From Ascidiella aspersa (Eukaryota), in the NCBI GenBank assembly GCA_963924565.1, contig OZ004611.1, positions 19,592,001-19,656,000 of the forward strand: 64,000 bases of DNA. Reading direction: 5' to 3'. Both the position numbers and the translations under genes were made by a program. Below, piece after piece: positions 24,020-36,800 of this stretch. The notes under the pieces are model-generated. The model was given only the letters and a program-made list of their open reading frames with translations, ran no database searches and had not been told where the DNA came from. The stretch's first letter is position 1. Each line of letters opens with the position of its first letter.

Positions 24020-27000
24020 GCTTAGCAGATGCAGTTTGGCCTAGCCACCACCGTGCGGCGACATACAGCAGCGCTCCGCGCCGCTGGAGCGCGCTGTCGA
24101 AACCGGCGGCCTGAACCGCCGAAATGCACAGAAGCGAGATGCAAAAATGCAGCTTCGTTTATTTGGACTTTATAATAATACGGTACGACGGCAAAATTTC
24201 TTTCCGAAAAAGGGCTTTCTGTATACTTGTTGTTATTGGTGTTGTCAAGTGTAAATAAGATCTATATTCGCGCGTATGCGTTGCCTTTGTTTTGCATCTG
24301 TATTTATTCCCGCTTTCCTGTCGCTTTCGTACTATGTTTATCACGCCTACATAGAGCGAAAAATTAATTCTTACAGCCTTTACCCAGAGCTGAACTAGTA
24401 CACTCTTAAGCAGAAGCCCTTACATGGAGAAAAATAAAAAATATTGTTCTGTAAATACAAAAAAATGCTTGATATCCCGATTTTCTGAAGTTGCAATAAA
24501 TTGTGAGTGTTTGTTGATCTTTGCTTTGTTCAGTGTTCACCCTTATGTGCCTTTTCGCGAAACGCTAAAAACGCGACTTCGAATAAACTTTGGTGCACTT
24601 ATTTTGTTGCGGTTTGAATTGATTTTAACTGTTTGCCCAGGACACCATTCTTTGCGGTGAAATTCACTCGGTTATAATAGTTGGAATAAACAAATTTCTG
24701 CAACTTGAACGACAAGTTATAGTTATAAACAGATGTAGCTTAATGGCATATTGGATAGTTAAATATCTGCCGTTGTATTACAAATACGCAACTAAGCAAT
24801 TTATCAATGTCCCAACAAGTTTATATTTTGATTTTAACTAGTTTAATAAAGAAAATTAGATACGAAGCCTAGATTTTGAATTTTGATACTGGTCAACATT
24901 GGTCCAAACGCCTGCATTGTACCAATCTACGAGTTTTTCTAATCGCGAGAAGAGATATATTTTAAATTTACAATTTTAATAAACAAAATTAGGCACGAAG
25001 CCTAACCAGCTATGCAACTTTGCGAAAGAACGCATTGACCTCCGCAATAAAGGCTACAGATACTAAGGCATTTTTGACGTGGTAATAAGTAGACTGCTCG
25101 CAAAAAAACAACTACCCCTACCACCTATAACGACAAGCATCCGCTACTTAAAATCGGGGGTAACCTAGTGATGTTGCCCATAAATAGTTTATCCACAATT
25201 GGACGCATATAATTGAACAACAAAAGTTATGCCGTTACGCAACATTTAGCGTAAAACGACACGAAACGGAACTGAAAAAGATTAGGTCTTTGAATCTCGC
25301 GTTAACAAACTTGGCAACCAATTAGCGTTTCTTGGCAGTTGCTAAGTTTGGCCAGCAACAGCAGTTAAATGTGTTCCTCTTTGATGTAGAATTGTAACTT
25401 TAAATCGCAAAAAGTGTATGTGAGAAGTATTTTTCTGTTGACTTAAAAGCAGGGAACGTTTGGTCAAAAAAGTGTCAGTTTTCTACACTTGTCGGCAGTT
25501 TTTTTTGGAAAAGAGTGATAATATTGGGTTTTAAAAGTTATTACTTTTTCCACATAACAGATGGTATTTTTGGAAACCGCTTTATTTTGGCGATTTTGAA
25601 AAGCATAAAAAGTAGTGACGTGGAAACAGGTATAGTAGACAGAGGGAGAACAGAACGGCAGAATTTCTGTTTTAAAATAGCAAAACTGACGCTTAGGTTG
25701 AAGAAACTTAAATATAGCGTCATGCTGAGATTAGATGTAAGCATTTGTGAATGTGACGTTTTAGTTAGACAGGCTTAAGAACAAACATAATTATTTGAAA
25801 AATACACTTAAATATTAGTACTGTTTAGTCAATGTTTCATTTTGATTGCGTTAAACAGTTATAAACGAAATATTTAAATACCATCTATGTATGTAGAAGG
25901 AAGGCTTATTTATGACAGCATTTTTGTGCAGCGATACGCCTTTTTGAGGTCCTAAACGTAAGTTTCTTGCGTGAAAAATAAACAAAAGAAGACACAGGGT
26001 ATATATATTTTTTTGATTTGCTTACTAAAGAAAACTATTTCAAAATCCCAATTCACTTTTTTAAAGTTGTACTCTACGTCATACTTTTATTCTAATGGCA
26101 CCAAAAGAAAACAGTGGTGGAAACGCATGGAGAAACGTGTATAGTGTTTTAATTGAAATTTCGAATCATGTTCCATCAACCTTTTTGTTTGGACACGTGT
26201 ATACAAAAAATCTTAGCAATGGGTAATAAGGAGGCCAATGCGGCCCGGCAAAGAAAAACAGGCGTATTGCACTGCAAATAGAAATACAATTCGTACCTTT
26301 ACTATGGACGAGAAGCACTGGTACCAAATATCTTGAGCACCGCGGTTCAAAACATATAGTAGCCTATGGACCAATGGTAAATTTTCTTTTTGCAATACTT
26401 ATCACCAATGGTGCTGCTGCTGGTGTGATTTTGCTAGGGCTGTAGCGTCCAGAAAAAATCTAACGCTGGGTCTTTTGTTTAGTCGTAATAGGCCAAAAAA
26501 TAGATAGTTCTTCACTGCAGCAACGTAATAAATCTGCTGACATGTTGCCGTTCATATGTAAAATGTCCTATGAAGTTTGTTTTCATTTGAGTAAGAATTG
26601 CGATGGACCTACAGAGAACCATGCCATGGGAATTTTGATTTTGATACAGGTCAAAATTAGTACAAAACGTTTACTTTCAGTCCCAAACGCCTGCAGTGCA
26701 TCATTCTACCAGTTTAAGTTGTCATGAGAAGCGATTTGTATCTATTGATATGTTGCCTGGTGGAGCTAACTCTATACTGTAAAAAGTTCACGTTTCTCCC
26801 AACAAATGCGTGTAGAAGCATGAAACAATTAAAACAGGGCTGACAAAGTTGGTATTTTTTTTTCATTTTTTTGAGTTATGGAGTAGTCAAGTATTAAGCA
26901 AAAAAACGGTCTCCAAGGGTGCAGACAGCTATAAGGGCGATGTCTTCTCAGGTCCTAAGGCATAAAATGGCGCGCACGAATGAGAACGCGCAGTTTGATG

Positions 27001-27315
27001 TGGCACAGAAAAAAGGGTTTTATGGCAGACATATTTGTCGTTGTGTGTTACGTGTTACAAGTAATATTCTAGTTGAAGGACGTTTTTGAAGAACAGCAGA
27101 CATATATAAATTGAAGGCATTCGGTAATTTCCCTAATTGATGTCGAAAACACAATACAATGCAACGCATTGCTTATACGCTACAGAAACATTTGTTAGCA
27201 TGCGTGCAGCTTTTGCTTGCCATATTCTGCGATAACCTCAAAATACTAAACAGGTAAACAGACAGATGTGAAGTTTGAGCAGAACATCTCTTTGAGGGCC
27301 TAATTTACTTAAAAA

Positions 27316-30300
27316 TCAGGGCGGGGCATCTTCGTTTTCCGATAGATTTGGCTGCACCCGGTGAATGGTTTCGGTAGACTTTAAATCAGCTACCAAGTCT
27401 TTCAAAATCGACGCCTGGCTACAAGACGTGGTGGGCACCATCGTGCTACTGAAATTGGCCAGCCTGGAACGCTCACTAGTGCCACCCGGCGACAAATTTC
27501 GAAAACGCGGCTTGCCGCTCGGTGTCAGTGCGGCGTCATCGTCGTCGCTCAACGACACGATGTCGGAATTGAAGTTGGAGCTGCTGCTTGTGCTGCTACT
27601 AGTAGAAGAGGCGTCCATCGCCAGTCCACTGTCATTTGTCTCGGTTCGCTTTCGACCATCTTCGTCGGATGAGGTTTTGTACTCTCCCCTAGTTTTGGAT
27701 AAATTAGGTTTAAACTTTTAAACGAACATTGTGCAAAGTGTGCACGCGCAAATAAAGAAGAATTTTAGATATATTCGCAAAAGCGGGAGATTTGTTTTAC
27801 AGTGCAGTTGTTGTATCATATTGTAGGCTTTATATCTGAATATTTTCCCTTTTGGTAATAAAATGACGAACCTACGTTTAAAAATTTACAAAATTTGATT
27901 TCTGAGTTGCTAAAATACAAAAATCAGTAACCCAAACCCCAGACATTAGCCGTAAAAATATTATATTTTCAACCTTTCGGTACACACATTTTTATAATTT
28001 TTCTGTAGAAATTTTACGGAAACAGAAATAACAATCAGTGCATTTAAAACCAAGAAAAACAGTATAAAATCAGGGCGGGTTTGAACTAAAATCGAAACAT
28101 ATGTCGACCTTTTACCAATGTCAAGTTTCCTCGCAGTTCAAAGTCTTTTAAAATTCCGGAACATAAAATTTTTACAATATTTGGTAGCTATACGTGTGAA
28201 AAAAAGGTTTCGGCAATAGTTCTATTTCTAATCTGTTACGTCACTGAGGACTCCAGGGGCTCCAATCTGTTAAAGAAAGACTCGTTAAAGAAAGTCGCAA
28301 TCACTCGTTTACTCACTGATGTGCAATGATGTAGACGCCGATAAAGGAGAGAATACAGCCGAAGATGAACATAAAGATCCGGTCGAAAGCGACGCCGTTA
28401 AACTCCTTATAGAACATAGCGCCCGCCAGGATCGCGCTCACAGTGAAAAAGATAAAGTTGACCGGCACCACGTCTGAGACGTCGTACAGCTGCATGGCCT
28501 GCGATTTGGACAGCCAATGCACGTTTTTATTTCTGGCCGGGAGAAAGTTAAATTTGACGAAATTTACGCGCGCATTTATTCCCGGAAGTTTTTTAACTTG
28601 TCCAGGGTTCTAAAACTGTGAAAAGTTTTGATAAAATTTGCGGAAATACAGTCAGAAAATTGCGACAAATGTACATCAGTGAAAAAGCGTTAATATACCC
28701 AAGCAAAATGCCACTCCAACGATAAACGTACGTAAACAAAGATTTTTTTGTTTTTTTACTAAAGCAAAAATTGAATAGAAAAAACAGCAGGTGCCATCTT
28801 GGTGTATTTTGTTAGTGTTGATCCCATATCACGTCAATAGATTGACTCAAATATTACCTTTAGCCGACACGAAAACGGTTCTACAGACGTTTTAATAAAA
28901 CACATTTCAGATACAACGACGAAGTTTAATGTTGGCTTGGGGAGTTCAATGTTGTATAGCGTAATAGAAAAAAAAGAGGGACCGCGTTACAAAAAACACA
29001 ATGGGTCTTTAGCCCTAATTACGTAAGACCCATCCCTGAACGTTTGCTTTTTCGATTCTGCCAACTTGTGCTGGTATGTTATGGCGAGAAATTAGACTCG
29101 TCGTGCCATGACGTTGATACCTGGTCTTTGCGATCGTGTATGGAAATGTCTATTGTCGGATGTACAGCCTCGTTATTAGACAGTCATTTAAATTTAGGTA
29201 AAGTCTAAAACGCCCTGTGCTGAACGGGGTGCTGTGGATTGAGCTAGGATCAGTAAAAGTGGAAAATGGAGAAACAATGTTATTTCGGAAAAAAGTGCTT
29301 GCAGCTTGTTTTTATTATTTTAACTTTAACAGGTTATGTTTTTTTCGTGGCAAAACATTTTATAATCAGTGAGTACAGTTTATGCCACAAAGCCTTAGAA
29401 CACCCCTTAAAACGAAGTTATTTACCCAAAGAGTCACCATGGACAAAATGATTAAGCTGGTATGTGTTGACTAAAGTTAGTATTTGTATAATTGCATGTT
29501 GATGCCCATTGATTCAGTTCAGTCTCTGTATGATGTTTTGTTGTTAATGCAATTAATGGTAACTATTTTAGATATAGTTTAGAAGCATGGTTACACTTTG
29601 GGACCCTTGCAACTTAATATAACAGGTAATAGAACAAACATTTAAGAAAAAGGTTTAGGTAGAATGTCGCAAAGAGTCTCGCACTTACCCGGTTTAGAAA
29701 TTTAATTTGTGTAGCAGTGGTTATCGGTAGGATAACGAGGCAAACCCAGAACACGGCGTTCAGCACTTGGGCCTTGCCCTGGAAAAAGCTTTCCGAAATA
29801 AGGCTGGACAGAGCCTTAGAAGCGATGACCGTAACAGAGGCGATAATTCCCACCAGAAGCAAGAGCACCACCATGTGTTCGTTGCCGCGTACATACCTGC
29901 GAAACAAGATATCGATATAGAATCGATCGCGATATGCGGTCGTTATATTTTTGCTAGCAAAATAGCCCTGGACTTTCGTTCAGTGGAAAACGATTCACAA
30001 TCATGCCAATGTATCTTTTCTAACATTTACCGTTTATGTTTTCATTTGACAAGAGATGCGCTGTCAGAACAAAGTAATAAAAAATCACCTCTGTATAAAA
30101 TATGCCCTTGGATTGACTTTAGTATGTTTTTTATGTAGGAAACATTTGGTATTAACGCTTTGTGGACAGATAACACTTTTCAGGGTCAAAGGAAACACTT
30201 GTACAGCAATAATAATATAATATGACAAAAACCCACGCCGATGTGTCCTAACGTTGTCAAGATACGACAGTTTTAGTTGAAGCGGATGTACCATAGTGGA

Positions 30301-33300
30301 TAGGCTACATTGCTTGGTGGCCTGATATCCTAATGTCTTATAAACAGTTTATATCCAATCAGGCTAGTTACAGCGTGATGCGTATAGTAAAGGCCTCGTG
30401 ACATATAGTCAATAGCGCTGAGATATTGCTTCCTGCTTAAGGGAGGATACAGGGCAACCAATTGGCAGGTTTTACGTGAGTAAACAGATCGTTCAGCGAG
30501 GTCTGTACGTGGACTGGGGTTGACTCTCATTGTCAAACATTGTATTTAATGTAAACAGAAAGGTTGTCCCTTTTGTCCTACTAGAATCGGTTAATCGATT
30601 CAGACAAACAAGCAAATAAACTTGATAGAGGGAAAATCTCCAGGCTGGCTCAACAGAGAAGAATAATTCTTGTGATCTTTAGGGTTTAGGAGACTTTATT
30701 GGAGCGCCCCTACCTAATTAGGACTTTCCTCTCGCATTTTGATATTGTGCATTCGTTAACCGCAACACGTCACTTGATTCCAATTCAGTATGAGAAACCG
30801 CCAGTGCGCTAAGCGATGGATTCCAAAAGGTCGCATTATCACTGCCTATCGATTTTCTATTAGAAGAAAACAGATCCTTTGTAACGACGTACGAGTTGGA
30901 TCGAAACCCAAATTGAATGACGACGTTCGTGGTTAATTTTCTGTTTTCGTCAAAAAGTCGACCTAATTCGAAAGCCATGATCTGGTTTAGACCTTTGTGA
31001 ACTTAAATACAGCGAACCGAACTGAATGTTAAACACGAAACAATACTTCATAATAACCAATCGAGTGTATTTCGCTTTTTCTTGCATATCACCTGATTAA
31101 CTGAGAAAAACTGTTATGATTTTATTTTTTAAATTTAATCGAGAAAATTACTGTTTTTTGTTAAGGTTTACTGCCTTCTGCGGAAGCCAAATTTGTGGTT
31201 TATCTGTCGATAAAAAAGACGTACCCTGTATACCGAGGCCTAATTCTTATATATTTCCTGCTGTCGTTATAAAAATGGGGAAAGGTATGTGCGCCTAATA
31301 CGAGTATTCTCAACAGCATCGCTATACAAACCACTATTTAAGGCGTTAAATATTAGGCGGTAGGTACGTTTTACAGCACTGAATGCAAGCGTTACGCGAG
31401 TAAACATTAATTTTATGTTAAACAGGGGTAATAGAAAGTTTCTGTAAAAAGAGTTACCTGAAACAAGGAGAAAAGCGAAAGGCCGAGTTTGAAATATTTG
31501 AGAAAATATGTGCGATGCGTTTTATTTCGATAGCAATAGGTGATACTTTAGGCAAAAAGTACGGCGGTCCGACCCGATGTCAAATAAAATCATTATTGTA
31601 AACATTGAGCTAAGTAAATAAAACTAAAATGTGCAAAATTATTGTTTGCAGGCTATTTAGCTTGGCTATTTAATTTAAAGCTCATAGTTACCTTCAATTA
31701 TTAATTGCTATTTCCTGCAAAATATATTCCTTTTATGGTATGATACATTATATTGGATCGCAAACGATAGTTTGCACACCAAATTTGGAATGGGATAAGT
31801 ATCGATGCAATTTTGGTATCGGGCGACTACCGATACTATCGTTTGGCCTAAGGTATCACGCCCGATGCGATATATTTGGACAACTCTAGGTTCAAGTACA
31901 TACACTATGCGCGGATCTGTAATGTAGTTTGATAATGAATCTAAAAGCCAAAACGGTCGAGTAAATCGAAATCATCTTGATAAAGACGTTTCGATAAGTA
32001 CTTGTATTATCATCAGTTAATGTGTGAACGTTCCACCTTTTGTAAGTGAAATTTGGATACATTTTAGTCCACAATAACTGATGATGATACAAATACGTAT
32101 CGAAACGTTTTGATCAAGATGGTGTCGATTTTCTTGACCTTTTTGGCTTTTAGATTCATCTAGCTTTGAGGTTATGGTTATGGTTGTATGTTTCATCCAG
32201 ATAATGCACAACTGACTTACTTAAAATAAAGCAGCACTGCTAGTATGACAGCCTCAATGCCCAGATAGAGTAGAAACGTCCAGGCGCCCAAGTACTGCAC
32301 AAAAGTGTTCGATGAGAGCGGTGGTTTTCCCTTTACCGAGAAGCTCACCAAAGTTATAGAGCCGACCTATACGGGTAAAGCAAGAAAACGGCATTAAAAA
32401 TTCACATACTAATGCCTATCGAAGTAACTTTATTTGCGAGACACCCAGAAAACCGTTAAAATATTGAAGCAATTTTGTTCAGCTGTTTTATTGCATTCGA
32501 CCAATGTATATGTATAGGCTAGCGTATAAAGAATACATACTAACGCGAAAATCAGACGATTGGGTCAGATAGTTACTTGAAATGCCTATGGAAATTGCCA
32601 GTACTTTACGAGTGTTGAACGTACAGTTAACGTTGATGTATCTAATAATAATTCTTAAGATTTGTAATCTTCTGCAAACTATGGAGATGCTGTCCTCGCA
32701 AGCTATGGTCAATTGTTTATATTATGAACAGATGTTAGATGCAATATGGCAATTTTCCGCTCATTACCCCTTTACCACGTTGAAGAACATCCATATATAA
32801 TGTCATTTTTTGATATATAAGTTAACACTCAATGTTTGGATTCAAGTGAACCTTGCATAAATCTTGTGTTATGCAGAAACGAAAGATGAGCGTTTTTAGT
32901 AGGGGCGATTCGGCCGAGTCACAGTAATTTGCCAGTCTACTTAAACAAGTTGAAGTATAGTTTTAGATAATTTATTTGCCAAAAATAAAACAAAAATCAC
33001 AAAAAACTTACTATTACAAGTGTTACTCCCATCATGCTTGGGGTGGTGAGGGGCTCTTTAAGGAAAACGACCGCAATGATGGCGTTGGCCAGGACGGCCA
33101 CGCTGCCCAGGGGCGCTACCAGGGACGCGGGTGCAAAGCCGTAGGCCATGAAGTTGCCCATTTCTCCCAGCACCATGAGCATCATGCCTAGCCACCACCA
33201 CTTGTCTAGGCAATACGCCCAGTGGCTTTCCGTGCCTAATCTGAAATCGCATGTAGTACGATTAGGGACCGTAATTTGCTGTATGGGACGCATTACTTAA

Positions 33301-33816
33301 AGATAACACCGAAATTAAACTTCGAAGCACAGATTTATAGTAATAAACATATTTTTTTGAACTCGTTGGTATTTTTGTAATATGGCTATACAATAAAAAA
33401 AACTAAAAAATATGGCTTCTTTAAAGTTAACGTTATGCCAAGCTATATCCAATAAAAAGTGTCTTTATTCAGACACGAGTGAGATTAGACACACCTCGCT
33501 TTTATTTCATTTTTACTACGCCATGTTTTGGTGCCAAATTAAAAATTAGTATTTCCTCAGTAGAAGAATCCGGGGTCATGGTATACCTGTTATGGGCGGT
33601 CTTTTGAACGCTGAGAGATACACTAATCAACAGATTGCCTCCGACGGCCAACGACATGCCGATCAAATGGCGTTGATTCCATTTGGGGAAAGGCGACGTG
33701 GTATTCGTAACGTTCGACATTGACGTATTACCAGAAAGTCCAAAGAGGGGTCCGTTATTCAGAGCAGTGTTCAGCACTTCTGACGTGAGGTTTGTCAAAT
33801 TTCCTAGCAGCGCCAT
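27316..33816 (-). CDS. NIPA-like magnesium transporter (closest in motif to NIPAL2/NIPAL3), 7 coding exons, ~464 aa
   Basis: Exons on minus strand: 33587-33816, 33012-33240, 32221-32366, 29689-29896, 28317-28498, 28240-28266, 27316-27688. NIPA motifs: GNLLISVSLSVQK, WWWLGMMLMVLGEMGNFMAYGFAPASLVAPLG, QIKFLNRAMQLYDVSDVVPVNFIFFTVSAILAGAMFYKEF. Ser-rich C-terminal tail. Confidence 0.9.
31897..32160. repeat. Divergent inverted pair of minimal-hammerhead repeats (family A) in a NIPA intron
   Basis: Minus copy CTGATGA-TAATAC-AAGTAC-TTATC-GAAAC-GTC (31985-32016); plus copy CTGATGA-TGATAC-AAATAC-GTATC-GAAAC-GTT (32078-32109); shared downstream sequence. Confidence 0.7.
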
Positions 33817-36800
33817 GTTTAGTCTTGTTTGCAAGATTTTTGCCGAGCGGTTGACTTTTTTACACGAACATTTTTCTGGTCACAGCAATGGACGAATAAT
33901 CGCGTACATTGTCATTCTATTTACCTGAAAAACGAACAAGCGGTATAGCTTAATATAGTGCTGAACAACAATGCAAAATAAGCACACACAAATAGTCTAT
34001 GAAGGATAATTTCTGCTTCAAACACCTCAAAATTTAATTCGTGTGTTTTCTGATCATTAGTCGATTTCCAGTGATTTAGACAAGTCCTGTTGACAGGGCC
34101 ACAACGGTCTAAGATACAAACTCTCCCATAAGACCCAATTTTTACTTCTGTATAAAGGTATAAACAACGCATCAATGTAACTCTAACAAACTGTTGGACG
34201 ACTTTTCGAAACATCATAGTTTTGAGGATGTTACTTTTTCAGTAATTACAATGATACTGCCCTTTTTGTCAACTTTTTGGGTACCATAAGTGTCCTTTGT
34301 TTTTGGGCCACGGTGCGGTTCACCTAATGCCCTTTGGGTAGTTATGGCCATGTCTGCTGTACAAACCCCTCAATGGCAAAATCTTAATACATGCGGAACT
34401 GTTTATACAAAACCACTCAGGAAGTAAAAGACAAGTTAATGACTAATCGTCTTGCGCGGGGAAATACGTTCATCGTTGTCATATTTCTTTTCACAAGCTT
34501 CTTGAACAAATTATATAAGTTCGTGCAACAGTATATATGCAACACACACTTAGGTGTGGTAATCTTCCTTCTATAGTACGTACACGTCCCTTGTGGCATG
34601 AGCATTTACTTATTTTAGCTTAAAGTTGATCGTGACAGGTCGACTGTACCGAATGGTCAACTAGCATACAGCAGCTGCACGTATCTGCTTTAAAAATATC
34701 ACGAAAATTTTTACTTTACATTGCCCTTAATGTTGGCAAATAATTGTTCATGTCTTTGTCGCAAAAATAAGCCGATTTGTTAATATATTTGTAAAGAAGT
34801 GTGCACTGTGAGGGATGCGAGAAATAATAACAAAAGCTTCCCCAAAAATGTCATTGATTCTTCGAATGTTAAAAATATATGCTTAACATTGGCCTATGAC
34901 GTAAATTTTTAAACGAACAAGTCGCCCCAATCAGGACATTTAAAGGATGCCATTAATTAATAAAAAACTTTGCTGTAAAAGTTTAACATCAGGGGTAACT
35001 GAACACATTTTAGTTGTAAACTCGTGTAAAACCTTGGGGTTTGGATGTTAACTGTCTGATGGTGCGCATTTTGCATTTCTAAACTTTTCCTGATTTAAAG
35101 AAAGGCTGTTCCGCTGTCACAAACAATGGTATGCAGCTCTACTTTTTAAATTACCGTAGGTGCCACGGAAATACTTGTAACCATATGATGCGTCAATTAA
35201 TGATGATATTGCTTTGAAAAGCAGAAGCCTAAAAAACGAAATCCCGGCACAATAAGATCTCCATTTGTCACCTCTCTCAAAACAAAAACAACACTTTGCC
35301 TATCTTTCAAGCAGTACACCAACAAACCAATGCACCCACTAGCCATGTGCGAAACAAACGACTGCTATCAGAGCAAGCATCCTCGATTTCCTGTATTTTG
35401 CGGCAGCAATCAGTTGGCTTTTAAAAGAGATCGCGCCCGCAAGTCGGATACATCTTCAAATACTTGTATTGCTAATAAGGCAGCGTCCATTAAAAGCAGG
35501 AGTACGGTACTCGACAATGTTTAAAAAGTCCCAGGACAGAGCCACATTCACGTACATCAATAAACAATATTTCACAAAGAATCTAAGCAATATTATTAAA
35601 TTTGTTCGCGGAGTTAACACGAAGGGCATTTAAGAGAAGAAACTTTAAGAAATTTAAATCTACTCTTTTTGGTGTGAACCATACAACATCCTCGATTTGT
35701 GCTGTATACATCACTGAATGACGCGTTCAGCAAAACCATACGTTAAATACGCTAACGATGATGACATCTTAAAACTGACTATCCGTATACTGATAAACTT
35801 TAAGCAGGTCCTGCGATTAATATAGTTGTTCACCGTTACGCCAATCACATGGAAGCATGTTAATATAGTTCTTTGCGTGTTCGCGTAATCAAAAGTGCGC
35901 ATAGCAATGACTTGAACAAAGCTCCACAGTATGGCAAGAAATGGACAGCAAACACGCAACGTCAAACCAGTGATACTTTATGCTTGATCTTTCACCAGTC
36001 AAAATACGATAGGTCAGATTTCGCGGCCAAATACTTTCGGCTCTTTTCGCCCTCTTATTATTTGCTTTATAGCTACAAATAAGCGTGGTCTAAAAGTCTA
36101 TAACTGCCTGTTACACCTGCAATGCAATTTGGGTAAACAAAGCCGTCCCTCGAAACAGCAAGCGCGTAAACGTTTACAGCACGTGCATGGTACGCTGCTG
36201 TTTCGCACGTCTTGCGGGAAACAGAACATTTATAACAGTCAGCGTCACCGCTTCGCCCGGCCCCTGTATCCGCCAGAACTCTGACAATATCCAGCGCCAT
36301 TCGGAGCGCGTGACTTCGTATCGCTCACACGACTTCGGCGCGTTCTCTCGCAACGTTTTACCGGTAGTTGTGAATCACCGGGCTTAATTGTTACGGGTTA
36401 GGCTCGTTCACACAGGAGCTGCTTCTTACTAAAGCACTGAGCATTTTTCATCCCTTTGCCGGTTTGTACGGCGCTTCAAAACCGACCGTAAATCTAGGCA
36501 GTAGCCCTCTTTTTATTGCCCTATAAATGCAACACGTTATAAAGTTTATAAACGAACCTATTTCCAGCTCTGGTTACATCTTCGCGTTTTATAAGGCGGG
36601 AAAATGTTCGGGGTCTGATGTTATTGTTTGTGTTTTACAAACAATAATCTTCTACTTCTCGGGCCTTTGTTTTGGTTTTAGCATCAGTTTTATAGGGCAT
36701 AGGCCCTTTGTAGTGGATTGCTGGAAATCGACTCGCTTCCTGTTTTAATCAGTTTTACGCCTTTACATTCCACAACCAGATTGTATCGATTGCCAAACTT

